A stretch of 64,000 nt of DNA from Burkholderiales bacterium (GCA_028379895.1 JAOEKQ010000001.1:138329-202328), one strand, 5' to 3'; positions 39,047 to 49,413 are shown, counted from the stretch's first letter. The notes: generated from the letters alone by a model not told the origin. Numbers and translations: made by a program.

Positions 39047-40345
39047 TTAATTTGTATTGTTGGTTAAAATGAAGGTTTTTGGAATCAAGACCCACATAAA
39101 CCCCTCTTGTTTCATTTTGCCGGCATTAATCGCTGCGTCATCTCCGAAACCCCAGAAGTAATCAGCGCGAACAGCACCCTTAATGGCGCCGCCTTTATCC
39201 TGAGCGAACATCAGCTGGTTTAAAGGGGATGATGAGTTGGGTCGGGTCGTTGCTAAATAGACCGGAAATCCAGCAGGAATATATGCGTCGTCCACCGCGA
39301 TACTGCGATTTGGCGTCAGCGGTACACCTAAGGAGCCGATTGGTCCGTCTAAATTGGACGGTAGGATCCTAAAGAATACGTATGAAGGGTTCTCATTTAG
39401 CAGAGCGTCAATTTTGTCAGGGTTGTTTGCGGCCCATGTTTTGATTCCCTGCATGGAAGCCTCACTAAGCTTTAGCTCTCCTTTTTTTACGAGTGATTTA
39501 CCGATTGACCGATAAGGATGACCGTTTGATTTGGCAAAACCTAGTCGCATGGTATTACCATCCTCGAGCTCAACGCGCCCAGAGCCCTGAATTTGTAAAA
39601 AGAATAATTCGATTTTATCTTCGACCCACAAGATTTCTTTACCTTCGACTTTTGCAAGCCCTTGATCTATCTCTAATCGGGTGAAGTAAGGTTTTAATTC
39701 CCCACCTGATTTCCGTCCTACGCCTCGGAAATTTTCGAAGGATGGGTGCGTTTTAACGTCAACGGACACTAAGTCATCCGGCGCCGCATACACTGGATAC
39801 GCATATTTAGCAGAGCGTTTTAAGCTGCCCCTCAGGAGCGGTTCGTAGTATCCGGTGACGATTCCCGCGTTTGCATCGTTGTCGTTAAGAACTTTAAACG
39901 GTGAAAAGTATGATTCATAGAACAGTCTTTGTTTTTTGTTTGAGGCGCCTACTAAAACTCGCGCTTTTTGGCAAATGTAACTCCACTTTTGATACTTTTG
40001 GAGCACTTTACACGATTGTAAAAGTGCGGATAGTCCATCGGAAACTTGATCGATCTCCCAGCCTGGCAGCTCCGACCAGTTCGAAGCCGTTAAGTGCGCG
40101 CCGGATCTCAGTGAAAAACTCTGTGCAAGATCTGGGGTTAGGAGTAGTTCCGTGTATTGTTTTTCATGGGTTGACTGGGGATTTTGATCCACCTCCGATT
40201 TTTCTACGATGGGGGCTGATGTGTCTGAGCTGCGTGTGGAATCTTTTTTTTGTGCTGGTGAAGAGCAGGCGCTTAGGGTTATGATCATTAATAGTTGCAG
40301 CCATCGAGCGCGCCTTACAAGATTGATGGCTGATGTAGACTTCAT
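39047..40345 (-). CDS. mltA: Membrane-bound lytic murein transglycosylase A (lipoprotein)
   Basis: Lipobox LSAC, a low-complexity linker, then MltA/3D-domain character (GYYEP, IQGSGRV, IAVD, FAQDKGGAIKG). Confidence 0.85.
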   Translation of the reverse strand: MKSTSAINLVRRARWLQLLMIITLSACSSPAQKKDSTRSSDTSAPIVEKSEVDQNPQSTHEKQYTELLLTPDLAQSFSLRSGAHLTASNWSELPGWEIDQVSDGLSALLQSCKVLQKYQKWSYICQKARVLVGASNKKQRLFYESYFSPFKVLNDNDANAGIVTGYYEPLLRGSLKRSAKYAYPVYAAPDDLVSVDVKTHPSFENFRGVGRKSGGELKPYFTRLEIDQGLAKVEGKEILWVEDKIELFFLQIQGSGRVELEDGNTMRLGFAKSNGHPYRSIGKSLVKKGELKLSEASMQGIKTWAANNPDKIDALLNENPSYVFFRILPSNLDGPIGSLGVPLTPNRSIAVDDAYIPAGFPVYLATTRPNSSSPLNQLMFAQDKGGAIKGAVRADYFWGFGDDAAINAGKMKQEGFMWVLIPKTFILTNNTN

Positions 40346-40372
40346 GTATTTAAATTACTCGGTATTTGCAGT

Positions 40373-40468
40373 ATGTTTTGGGCAATTTTTGAGATTTTAC
40401 TGGGACTTGGTCTGTTCATCTTTATTATTTGGTGGACTTTGCCTAAAAATAAAAACGATAAGCGGTGA
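40373..40468 (+). CDS. Possible 31-aa single-TM small membrane protein (speculative)
   Basis: ATG...TGA ORF in the mltA/apaG intergenic gap: MFWAIFEILLGLGLFIFIIWWTLPKNKNDKR. It has a hydrophobic helix, a WW anchor and a basic tail. No convincing Shine-Dalgarno. Confidence 0.3.
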   Translation: MFWAIFEILLGLGLFIFIIWWTLPKNKNDKR

Positions 40469-40488
40469 GCGCTGATTTGATATCAAGG

Positions 40489-40872
40489 TCAGTGCAATAC
40501 CCTAGGAACGCTTAGAGTAAATTGCGGAATCTCGGCATCGAACTCTACGCCATCAGCAGCGCGCATTTTGTAGGAGCCTGCCATTAGCCCCACAGGCGTA
40601 TCAATTGATGCGGCACTTGTATATTCGAAATATTCACCGGGGTGGAGGTTGGGAAACTCCCCAACGACTCCCTCTCCACGTACTTGTTCTACTTTCTCAT
40701 TTGCATCAGTAATGAGCCAATGTCGACTAAGTAGTTGAGCTCGAACATCCCCCGTGTTTTGGATGCGAATACGGTAAGCAAAGAAATACCGAGATTCTTG
40801 AGCGTTGGATTGTTCGGGGATGAAGAAGGATTCTGCAGATACAGTGACTTCGTATTTTGATTTTTCGTTCAT
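40489..40872 (-). CDS. apaG: ApaG (DUF525) protein
   Basis: 127 aa with FFAYRIRIQNTG and LLSRHWLITDANEKVEQVRGEGVVGEFP. Confidence 0.88.
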   Translation of the reverse strand: MNEKSKYEVTVSAESFFIPEQSNAQESRYFFAYRIRIQNTGDVRAQLLSRHWLITDANEKVEQVRGEGVVGEFPNLHPGEYFEYTSAASIDTPVGLMAGSYKMRAADGVEFDAEIPQFTLSVPRVLH

Positions 40873-40992
40873 AACCCATATTGTATCGGTAAATAGAGTA
40901 ACTTTTGTAACAGCGCAACATTAATCAGTAAAGATTATCTTGGGTCACCTTTTGATTCGGTTTAAAATAGCCACAAAACACAGGGCAAATTT

Positions 40993-41652
40993 ATGAATGA
41001 TATGCGCATCGCACCGAGTATTTTATCTGCTGATTTTTCTAAACTCGGTGAAGAGGTTCGATCTGTGGATGCTGCAGGTGCAGACGTGATTCATTTCGAC
41101 GTAATGGACAACCATTACGTGCCTAATTTGACCTTCGGCCCGATCGTTTGCTCTTCAATTAGGCCGCATACGAAGCTTCCGATTGATGTGCACTTAATGG
41201 TTGAGCCTGTCGATGCTTTAGCCATTGAATTTGCAAAAGCTGGCGCTGATTTAATCAGTTTCCATCCCGAGGCCTCTCTTCACGTTGATAGAACGATCAA
41301 TTTGATCAAGGCGCAGGGTTGTCGCGTGGGTTTGGCGTTTAATCCCGCCAGTCCACTTCATATTCTGGATTGGACGCTCGATAAGGTTGACTTGGTTTTG
41401 ATCATGTCTGTCAACCCAGGTTTCGGCGGCCAAAGCTTTATTGAACAGTCGCTAGATAAGATTGCAGAGGTGCGGGATTTAATTGATTTATCAGGTTGCG
41501 ACGTTTGGCTTGAGGTCGACGGCGGTATTAAGGTAGACAATATTGCCTCGATTGCAGAGGCGGGTGCCGATACCTTTGTAGCTGGTTCAGCAATATTTGG
41601 TACGGCCGATTACCGTGATGTCATCAGCCAGATGAAATCTGAAATTGAATAG
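40993..41652 (+). CDS. rpe: Ribulose-phosphate 3-epimerase
   Basis: [22 protein letters not shown] and [10 protein letters not shown]. Confidence 0.92.
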   Translation: MNDMRIAPSILSADFSKLGEEVRSVDAAGADVIHFDVMDNHYVPNLTFGPIVCSSIRPHTKLPIDVHLMVEPVDALAIEFAKAGADLISFHPEASLHVDRTINLIKAQGCRVGLAFNPASPLHILDWTLDKVDLVLIMSVNPGFGGQSFIEQSLDKIAEVRDLIDLSGCDVWLEVDGGIKVDNIASIAEAGADTFVAGSAIFGTADYRDVISQMKSEIE

Positions 41653-41696
41653 CGCTGTGTGTATTTCGTACTTCAATATGTCGAAGAAGTAGTCGA

Positions 41697-42395
41697 ATGT
41701 CGAATAATGATTTGTCGCAACACGCGGGTTTCGAGGTGAGCGTTGTAGCATTTGATTTGGACGGGACCTTGGCAGACACGCTTCCTGATTTGCATACAGC
41801 AACGAACTTAACGCTTAATGACCTTAGCCATAAACCAGTGAGCGCACACGTCGTTAGGCAATATATAGGGCAGGGGATCGAATACTTACTGCGCGAGCTG
41901 TTTAGAGATCTTCATATTCCTATTGAGGCTGCAGAGTTAAAAAGTATTGCGCAACAATTCAGAACCCATTATGAACGTCATGTTTGTGATCGCTCTGCGT
42001 TGTTTCCTGGCATTGAGGATGTGCTGAAAACGTTCCAGCAGCGGGAGGTGCAGATGGCGTGCTTAACGAATAAAAGCGAACTGTTTACGGCCCCAATCTT
42101 AGATGGATTAGGTATTCGTAGTTATTTTCAGGAGGTGGTTTGTGGGGATACGCTGGACAAACGTAAGCCTGATCCTTTGCCGTTACGTGTTCTTGCTTCA
42201 AGGTTTGGCGTGGAAACAAAACAGATTTTGATGGTTGGTGATTCTAAGACTGATACCGAGTGTGCTCGCAATGCGGGCGCTCCGGTGGTCTGTGTGCCTT
42301 TCGGTTATCGTTCCGGAATGGATTTGGCAGAACTCGACTGCGATGCGGTTTTAGGTCGTGCTGAGGATTTGCTCGATTTAGTCAAAAAAGCGTGA
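41697..42395 (+). CDS. gph: Phosphoglycolate phosphatase (HAD)
   Basis: FDLDGTLADT, TNK and MVGDSKTD, downstream of rpe. Confidence 0.85.
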   Translation: MSNNDLSQHAGFEVSVVAFDLDGTLADTLPDLHTATNLTLNDLSHKPVSAHVVRQYIGQGIEYLLRELFRDLHIPIEAAELKSIAQQFRTHYERHVCDRSALFPGIEDVLKTFQQREVQMACLTNKSELFTAPILDGLGIRSYFQEVVCGDTLDKRKPDPLPLRVLASRFGVETKQILMVGDSKTDTECARNAGAPVVCVPFGYRSGMDLAELDCDAVLGRAEDLLDLVKKA

Positions 42396-42485
42396 ATGCA
42401 AACGTCTCTCTATAATGACCGTTGATATACTTTTCATAGGCACTACGCGAATTGACGTGTCTTTATCCAAATTGTTGAGCTCAAT

Positions 42486-43955
42486 GTGAATAAAAAAGAT
42501 TTTGAGGGTTTGGTGAACGAAGGTTTTAACCATGTGCCGCTGGTTCTGGAGTCCTTTGCGGATCTCGACACACCGCTCTCCATCTATTTAAAATACGCAA
42601 ATAAACCCTTCTCCTACCTGCTAGAGTCGGTCCAGGGTGGTGAACAGTTTGGTCGATATTCTTTTATCGGTTTGCCATCTAAAACTCGTTATGAAGTACG
42701 CGGGCATACGTGTTGTGAAATTCGTGATGATGTGGTTGTGGCGCAGGTAGAGTGCGATGACCCTATTAGTTGGGTTTCTGAGCTGCAGCAACGGACAAAA
42801 GCTTATTATCGAGATGACTTGCCGAGGTTTCTTGGTGGACTCGTAGGTTACTTTGGTTACGAGACGGTTCACATGATTGAGAGTCGTGTCGGTCGTGGCA
42901 AAGATAAGTCTGATCCAATAGATTGTCCAGACATTCTGTTGCTCCACTCCGAAGAGGTGATCGTCTACGACAATTTAGCTGCGAAACTTTATTTTGTTGT
43001 TTTTGCTAATCCTCAGGAACCGGGTGCGTACGAGCTCGGCCAGAAGCGGTTAGCTGAATTATTTGCAGGCCTTCGCGAGCCGGTGTCTGAGCTTGAAGAA
43101 GAGACGCGTGATCTGGCTGTGCCGCATGAAGAGACCCCTCAGGATTTATTCACTAAGAGTGTTGCGCGGGCCAAAGAGTACATTCATGAGGGTGACATTA
43201 TGCAGGTCGTTCTGTCACAACGCATGTCTGTGCCCTTTCAGGCACCCCCGTTATCACTCTACCGGTCATTACGCGCATTGAACCCTTCGCCGTATATGTT
43301 TTATTTTAATCTTGAAGATTTTCATATTGTTGGCGCATCCCCAGAAATTCTAGTGAGATTGGAAAAAGGCATGGTTACCTTAAGACCAATTGCTGGGACG
43401 CGGCCTCGAGGTGCTACCAGGGACGAGGATGTGTCATATGAGCGCGACTTGTTATCAGACCCGAAAGAAATCGCGGAGCACGTGATGCTCATGGATCTTG
43501 GTCGTAATGACGTCGGACGAGTTTCGCAAGTTGGCTCCGTTGATGTGACCGACCAGATGGTGATTGAACGATACTCTCATGTTATGCATATCGTCTCGAA
43601 CGTGGAGGGACGATTGTTAGATGGGCTGTCCGCGCTTGATGTTCTTAAGGCAAGTTTTCCTGCAGGAACCGTGTCGGGGGCCCCTAAGGTACGTGCAATG
43701 GAAATAATAGACGAGTTAGAGCCCAGTAAGCGCGGAGTTTATGCGGGGGCAGTCGGGTATTTGGGCTTTAATGGTGATATGGATGTGGCGATTGCGATAC
43801 GCACCGCAGTTATTAAAGACGGCACGTTATACGTTCAGGCAGGAGCGGGTATTGTTGCTGACTCCGTTCCGGAAAATGAGTGGGTAGAGACAAAGAACAA
43901 GGCGAAAGCCATCCTTAGGGCTGCGGAAATTGCAGAGGCCGGGCTAAATCGATAG
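42486..43955 (+). CDS. trpE: Anthranilate synthase component I
   Basis: 489 aa (GTG start) with LLESV, GTRPRG, MDLGRNDVGRV and GAVGYLGFNGDMD. Confidence 0.92.
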   Translation: MNKKDFEGLVNEGFNHVPLVLESFADLDTPLSIYLKYANKPFSYLLESVQGGEQFGRYSFIGLPSKTRYEVRGHTCCEIRDDVVVAQVECDDPISWVSELQQRTKAYYRDDLPRFLGGLVGYFGYETVHMIESRVGRGKDKSDPIDCPDILLLHSEEVIVYDNLAAKLYFVVFANPQEPGAYELGQKRLAELFAGLREPVSELEEETRDLAVPHEETPQDLFTKSVARAKEYIHEGDIMQVVLSQRMSVPFQAPPLSLYRSLRALNPSPYMFYFNLEDFHIVGASPEILVRLEKGMVTLRPIAGTRPRGATRDEDVSYERDLLSDPKEIAEHVMLMDLGRNDVGRVSQVGSVDVTDQMVIERYSHVMHIVSNVEGRLLDGLSALDVLKASFPAGTVSGAPKVRAMEIIDELEPSKRGVYAGAVGYLGFNGDMDVAIAIRTAVIKDGTLYVQAGAGIVADSVPENEWVETKNKAKAILRAAEIAEAGLNR

Positions 43956-44025
43956 ACTCGCGCGCTATCTGGGCTAGTCGCATTTATTTACAATAATTTA
44001 TTAAATCGATGAGAAGATAAAGACC

Positions 44026-44598
44026 ATGTTGTTGATGATCGATAACTATGATTCATTTACGTTCAATCTTGTCCAATACTTTGGTGAGTTAGGTGTTGAG
44101 GTGAAGGTTGCGCGTAATGACCAGATACAGATCGCTGACATTGAATCGTTGTCTCCGGAGTGGATAGTGATCTCACCAGGCCCATGTTCACCTGCGCAGG
44201 CGGGCATTTCTGTGGAGATCATCAAAGCATTCTCCGGAAAGGTGCCGCTTTTTGGCGTGTGTCTTGGGCATCAGTGTATTGGGCAAGCGTTTGGTGGTGC
44301 AGTGAGCTATGCGAAAACGCTTATGCACGGGAAAACATCTTCTATTACGCATCAGTCGCAAGGTGTATTTCAGGGATTACCGAAGCCTTTTGTCGCGACG
44401 CGTTATCACTCTTTGTCGGTGCAGCGAGAGGGGTTGCCGGATTGTTTGGAGGTTACAGCTGAGACCGATGACGGAGAAGTTATGGGACTGAGACACCGTA
44501 CCATGCCGGTAGAGGGTGTTCAGTTTCATCCAGAGTCTATTTTGAGCGAGCATGGTCATCAGCTTTTGAAAAATTTTTTAGATCAGGCGGGCTCATGA
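44026..44598 (+). CDS. trpG: Anthranilate synthase component II (glutamine amidotransferase)
   Basis: 190 aa with [10 protein letters not shown] and GVQFHPES. Confidence 0.92.
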   Translation: MLLMIDNYDSFTFNLVQYFGELGVEVKVARNDQIQIADIESLSPEWIVISPGPCSPAQAGISVEIIKAFSGKVPLFGVCLGHQCIGQAFGGAVSYAKTLMHGKTSSITHQSQGVFQGLPKPFVATRYHSLSVQREGLPDCLEVTAETDDGEVMGLRHRTMPVEGVQFHPESILSEHGHQLLKNFLDQAGS

Positions 44599-45614
44599 CG
44601 ATTCAAGAGGCGATAGAGTGTTTTTATAGAAGAGATGATTTATCTCATGATCAAATGAAGATGGTCATGCACGCCATTATGTCTGGTGATGTGTCGTCCG
44701 AATTGACTGCTGCGTTCTTGGTGGGGATCCAAGTGAAGGGACCTTCTGTTGAGGAAGTCGCGGCAGCAACAGCAGTTATCAGGGAAGTCTCTACTGCTGT
44801 AAACGTAGAGTGTCTCGATGAGCTCATTGACACCTGTGGCACCGGAGGTGATGGCAGAAAGACTTTTAATATTTCTACGGCATCTGCTTTTGTGGTTGCT
44901 GCTGCTGGTGGGCGTGTCGCGAAGCATGGAGGTCGCTCGGTGACGAGTTCTTCTGGCAGTGCAGATGTGTTAGAGGCCCTAGGAGTGACTATAGATTTAA
45001 AGCCTGAGGACGTTGCTCGAAGTATTGAGTCGGTTGGTATAGGTTTTATGTTCGCACCAGCGCATCATAAGGCGATGAGGTTTGCGGCTCCAGTTCGAAA
45101 GGCTTTGGGAGTAAAGACATTATTCAATGTATTGGGCCCGCTCAGTAACCCAGCGGGAGCTAGAAGGCAGGTCATGGGGGTATACGATAAAAGTTTACTT
45201 GTGCAACAAGCCTTGGTATTAAAAAGATTGGGAAGCGTTCGCGCCATGATTGTCCACGGAGAGAACGGGCTTGATGAAATTTCACCGAGTGGCTCAACCT
45301 ATGTTGCTGAGCTTCGAGATGGCGAGGTTACTGAGTACCAGTTAACGCTGAAAGAGTTGAATGTCCAGCCGATTGACCTTGACGACATAAGGGTTGAGGG
45401 TCTTGAGGATGCGGTATCAATGTTCCGTGAAGCATTATCCGGTAGTCACCAACCCGCTAAGACCGCGCTCATGCTCAACGCGGGTGCATCACTTTATGTC
45501 CTTGATGTAGTTAAAAGTCTTGCTCATGGGGTGTCCTTGGCCGGTGAGATGATTGAGACTGGACGTGCGAATACTAAGTTAGATGAATTTATTACATTTA
45601 CGCAACGAGCCTAA
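44595..45614 (+). CDS. trpD: Anthranilate phosphoribosyltransferase
   Basis: 339 aa with [18 protein letters not shown] and KHGGRS. Overlaps the trpG stop by 4 nt. Confidence 0.92.
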   Translation: MTIQEAIECFYRRDDLSHDQMKMVMHAIMSGDVSSELTAAFLVGIQVKGPSVEEVAAATAVIREVSTAVNVECLDELIDTCGTGGDGRKTFNISTASAFVVAAAGGRVAKHGGRSVTSSSGSADVLEALGVTIDLKPEDVARSIESVGIGFMFAPAHHKAMRFAAPVRKALGVKTLFNVLGPLSNPAGARRQVMGVYDKSLLVQQALVLKRLGSVRAMIVHGENGLDEISPSGSTYVAELRDGEVTEYQLTLKELNVQPIDLDDIRVEGLEDAVSMFREALSGSHQPAKTALMLNAGASLYVLDVVKSLAHGVSLAGEMIETGRANTKLDEFITFTQRA

Positions 45615-45643
45615 GGTGCTGTTGTGTCAAACAGGATCGGTAT

Positions 45644-46447
45644 ATGAACACTAAGTCACCTGATATTCTTAATAAAATTCTTCAAACCAAGCGTGAAGAA
45701 ATAAAATTGACCTCTGGGTATCGACCGCTCCAAGATCTACAGCGTGAAGTCGCGGCTGCACCGCCGGTTAGAAACTTTGAGAAAGCCATTCGCGCAAAAA
45801 TTGCGGGTTGCGGCTCTGCGGTTATTGCTGAAATAAAAAAAGCGAGTCCCAGCAAGGGTGTTATTAGGGAAGATTTCGACCCAATAACCATAGCGCAGTC
45901 TTACGAGCAACATGGCGCTGCGTGTTTATCTGTGCTTACTGATAGAGACTATTTTATGGGCGCGGCCGAATACCTAGTAGCGGCACGGTCGTCAACGCAT
46001 TTACCTGTGTTGCGTAAGGATTTTATAATTGATCCGTATCAAATTTTTGAAGCGCGTTGCATGGGTGCTGATTGTATTTTGTTAATCGTAGCCGCTTTAG
46101 AGCAGTCTCAAATGTTGGATTTAGAGCGTGTAGCGATTGAATTGGGCATGTCCGTTTTGGTCGAAGCGCATTCTAAGGAGGAGTTTTCTCGGGCGATTGA
46201 GTTAGAGACGCCACTCATTGGCGTAAATAACCGTGATCTGAGAACATTTGAAACATCCCTTGAAACAACTTTTGGGCTTATTTCAGCGCTACCCAAGGAC
46301 AGGATTTTGATCACAGAGAGTGGGATTCACTCGCAGGAAGATGTCTTAGGAATGCGCGAGCGAGGTGTATTTGCATTTTTGGTGGGTGAGGCTTTTATGC
46401 GACAGAATGATCCCGGAGAGGCGTTAAAATCACTTTTTTTTGATTAA
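45644..46447 (+). CDS. trpC: Indole-3-glycerol phosphate synthase
   Basis: 267 aa with VIAEIKKASPSKG, LRKDFI, GVNNRDL and ESGI. Confidence 0.92.
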   Translation: MNTKSPDILNKILQTKREEIKLTSGYRPLQDLQREVAAAPPVRNFEKAIRAKIAGCGSAVIAEIKKASPSKGVIREDFDPITIAQSYEQHGAACLSVLTDRDYFMGAAEYLVAARSSTHLPVLRKDFIIDPYQIFEARCMGADCILLIVAALEQSQMLDLERVAIELGMSVLVEAHSKEEFSRAIELETPLIGVNNRDLRTFETSLETTFGLISALPKDRILITESGIHSQEDVLGMRERGVFAFLVGEAFMRQNDPGEALKSLFFD

Positions 46448-46807
46448 TCTAACTTCACCATCTTTTGCGCCGCACTAATTCTGTCTTACGTTAAGTTAAT
46501 CATTACTGATAATAATCAGACACTTAAATAAATTCCGGCTCGGCTTAGTCTCCATTTAGTCGGTAGGCGTTGTATTTATACAACATGTGAGTGGAATTGT
46601 TACAGTTTTAGATGTCTTTAGTAGCCCGACTTAGGCATCATTACCTCAACTGATCTCAGGGTCGCCGAACTCTGAGTACATCGGGAGCAAATAACCGATA
46701 TTTAAACCATCGGGACCAATAATAAACGAGTAGTCAGAGTGCATCGTACATCGTACGAGCGATTTGCTTTGTCTACACATTAATTACTCAGAATTTGAGG
46801 AGATGGT

Positions 46808-47932
46808 ATGAAAAAAGCACTTGTTGCAGCAGCAGTTGCTGGCGCCCTAGCGGCACCAACAGCGATGGCCGCTGATTTATCTATTAACATGGAATGGGGT
46901 CAAGCGCTCCGTTTCGGTGAGACCACTACTACTACTGCTGGTGTTGACAGCACTGTTGACATCCAAGAAGTTGCTGATGCCGGTCGTAACCGACTTAAGT
47001 TTAACTTTACCGAGACACTAGATAACGGTATCGGGGTTCACGCATACATGGTGTTTAATACTGCGGGCACTTCAAACGCAGGCGCAGTTTCCATACGTAA
47101 CGCATTCGTAGGATTCAGTGGTGAATTCGGTTCGGTTTCAGTTGGTACAAATGAGCACTTTTTCGAGACCGATCTGTTGACTGATCCTTTGTTTGGTGAC
47201 TACGGCGCGACCGCCGATAAGATTCAACACATCCAACTAGGTCAGAGTAACTTTAACTTCACACGTCGTGATAGTGAGTCTGTATGGTGGACCAGTAAAG
47301 ATATGAACGGCTTTAAATTGCGTGCTGCTTATATCATGGGCCCAGCAGGTGGAGCCGGTGCACCGACAGCTGGTGCCGATCAAGATGGTAATCAGATTGG
47401 CTTGTCTTATGCATCAGGGCCATTGTTCGTTGGTGTGAACCAAGCTACCTATAACGATTACGGACTAAACACTGCCAATGCAACTACCCCTAGTGAGTCC
47501 GCTGTTCCTATAGCTGGATCAGAAGCTAAGGCGACATCGCTTAGAGTTGATTATGATTTAGGTTTTGCGCACGTTCAAGCTGCTGTTTGGAATATGGAGC
47601 ATTCAGGTATCAGTGTCGCAGGCACAGGCGGCACATTCACGTCAGTTGAGGCATCTGGACAAGGCGTGAACATTGAGGTACCAATGGCTGGTGGTAAGGC
47701 ATTTGCAAGTATGTCTAGCATAGGCGACCAGGATTCAACCATTGCTGGTGTGACTAGTGCAGTTACTGACTCCGGTAAGGATTCATGGGACGTTGGTTAC
47801 ATTCACGACATGAGCGCACAGACATACATGTTTGTACGTTATGGCTCAAGTGAAACAGGGTTGAACTTTTCTACAACAGCTAACACCACAGAGACTAATG
47901 AGTTACTAGTTGGTTGGTTGTTAAACTACTAA
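46808..47932 (+). CDS. Outer-membrane porin (Gram-negative general porin-like), paralog 1
   Basis: Signal peptide MKKALVAAAVAGALAAPTAMA/AD, alternating amphipathic beta-strand pattern and aromatic C-terminus LLVGWLLNY. Confidence 0.75.
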   Translation: MKKALVAAAVAGALAAPTAMAADLSINMEWGQALRFGETTTTTAGVDSTVDIQEVADAGRNRLKFNFTETLDNGIGVHAYMVFNTAGTSNAGAVSIRNAFVGFSGEFGSVSVGTNEHFFETDLLTDPLFGDYGATADKIQHIQLGQSNFNFTRRDSESVWWTSKDMNGFKLRAAYIMGPAGGAGAPTAGADQDGNQIGLSYASGPLFVGVNQATYNDYGLNTANATTPSESAVPIAGSEAKATSLRVDYDLGFAHVQAAVWNMEHSGISVAGTGGTFTSVEASGQGVNIEVPMAGGKAFASMSSIGDQDSTIAGVTSAVTDSGKDSWDVGYIHDMSAQTYMFVRYGSSETGLNFSTTANTTETNELLVGWLLNY

Positions 47933-47995
47933 ATCGTTTTGATTTAATAGTTGTGCAGTTGAACGAAGAAGGGGAGCTTAGGCTCCCCTTTTTTT
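47933..47995 (+). repeat. Conserved porin 3' flank, copy 1 (includes terminator)
   Basis: 63 nt immediately after the stop differ at only 3 positions from 49310..49372. Confidence 0.85.
47971..47995 (+). terminator. Rho-independent terminator of porin 1
   Basis: GGGGAGC-TTAG-GCTCCCC followed by TTTTTTT. Confidence 0.88.
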
Positions 47996-48187
47996 ATGCG
48001 TTGAGAAGCACTGTTTGCATGAGTTGTTGCATTTTGACAACATTTAAATTCATTTGTGGTGTTTGTACCTCGTTTAGCCCGCCAATAAGTGCTATAAAGA
48101 CGTCGGGACCAGATTAGAAGTGTTAAGAGTAAATCGCCCGAACGCTTTACTTGTTAATACACAGAGTTTCTAATTTGAGGAGATAGC

Positions 48188-49309
48188 ATGAAAAAAGCAC
48201 TTGTTGCAGCAGCAGTTGCTGGCGCCTTAGCGGCACCATCAGCAATGGCAGCTGATCTTAAGATCAGCATGGAATGGGGCCAAGCACTAGCCTTTGGTGA
48301 GACAACGACAACTACCGTTGCCGGTGTTAACAACACAGTTGACATTCAGGAAGTTACAGATGCAGGTCGTAACCGATTAAAGTTCCTATGGGATGAAACT
48401 TTGGATAACGGTCTTGCCGTTCACGCTCGTATGGTGTTTAACGTTGCGGGTACTTCAAACGCGGGCGCTGTATCAATCCGAAACGCTTACATCGGTTTAA
48501 CCGGTGACTTCGGTTCCATTAAGGTTGGAACAGAGGAGCACTTCTTCGAGGTTGATTTGATTACTGATCCTTTGGGCGCTGACTATAACCGAACATCTGA
48601 TCCGATTTTATCTCTTAACTTGGGTAACACCGGTTTCAGTTTCACACGTCGTGATAGCGAGTCTGTTTGGTGGACAAGTAAGCCAATGAACGGCTTCATG
48701 GCACGTGCTGCCTACATCATGGGGCCTGCATCAGGCGACGGTGCGCCGACAGCTGGTGCTGATCAAGACGGTATGCAGGTCGGTTTGTCATACATGACTG
48801 GCCCAATGCGTATTGACGTGAGCCAAGCTACTTATAACGATTACGCAAACACTGGCGCTGAAGACGTGGCTCCTGTAGCTGGATCAGAAGCTACTGCTAC
48901 ATCGCTTAAAGTGGCCTATGATTTTGGCACATTCAAAGTGATCGGTGCAGTGTGGAATATGGAGCAAACTGGTATCACCTTCACTGATTCTTCTGGCGAC
49001 GCAGCTACTGCGGTTGAGGCATCAGGACAGTCTTTGAACTTTGAGATGCCTGTAGCAGGTGGTATGGTTTGGGCAGCAATGTCTAGCATTGGTGACCAAG
49101 ATACAACGACTGCAGCTGGTTCTGCAGCGATCAATGACTCAGGAAAAGATGGTTGGGATATTGGTTACTTGCACAACATGAGCGCACAGACATACGTGTT
49201 TGTTCGTTATGGCACAAGCGAGACGGGTCTTAACTTTAACGCCGATGCCGGCGGAAACACCTCATCAGAGACCGATGAGTTGTTGATTGGTTGGTTACTA
49301 AACTACTAA
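48188..49309 (+). CDS. Outer-membrane porin, paralog 2
   Basis: 373 aa, collinear with 46808..47932 (roughly two-thirds identical by eye). Same signal peptide and the same C-terminus LLIGWLLNY. Confidence 0.75.
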   Translation: MKKALVAAAVAGALAAPSAMAADLKISMEWGQALAFGETTTTTVAGVNNTVDIQEVTDAGRNRLKFLWDETLDNGLAVHARMVFNVAGTSNAGAVSIRNAYIGLTGDFGSIKVGTEEHFFEVDLITDPLGADYNRTSDPILSLNLGNTGFSFTRRDSESVWWTSKPMNGFMARAAYIMGPASGDGAPTAGADQDGMQVGLSYMTGPMRIDVSQATYNDYANTGAEDVAPVAGSEATATSLKVAYDFGTFKVIGAVWNMEQTGITFTDSSGDAATAVEASGQSLNFEMPVAGGMVWAAMSSIGDQDTTTAAGSAAINDSGKDGWDIGYLHNMSAQTYVFVRYGTSETGLNFNADAGGNTSSETDELLIGWLLNY

Positions 49310-49372
49310 ATCACTTTGATTTAATAGTTGTGTAGTTGAACGAAGAAGGGGAGCTTAGGCTCCCCTTTTTTT
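49310..49372 (+). repeat. Conserved porin 3' flank, copy 2 (includes terminator)
   Basis: Near-identical to 47933..47995. Confidence 0.85.
49348..49372 (+). terminator. Rho-independent terminator of porin 2
   Basis: GGGGAGC-TTAG-GCTCCCC followed by TTTTTTT. Confidence 0.88.
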
Positions 49373-49413
49373 GGCTATAAAATGCGATCGAATTAGACGA
49401 TTGTTATATGCGT

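Noticed and set aside
42396-42425. Possible trp leader peptide or attenuator upstream of trpE (ATG right after the gph stop: MQTSLYNDR).
   Set aside because: There are no Trp codons, and no alternative terminator/antiterminator hairpins are visible in the 90-nt gap.
46448-46807. The 360-bp non-coding region upstream of porin 1, considered as a possible structured ncRNA (tmRNA, 6S or a riboswitch). It includes the TTGTAT-TT-ATACAA inverted repeat (~46571..46584) and a CATCGTA x2 micro-repeat (~46741..46754).
   Set aside because: No hallmark sequences of known RNA families were recognised. The short repeats are compatible with promoter or operator elements, but I cannot support a specific call without covariance-model searches.
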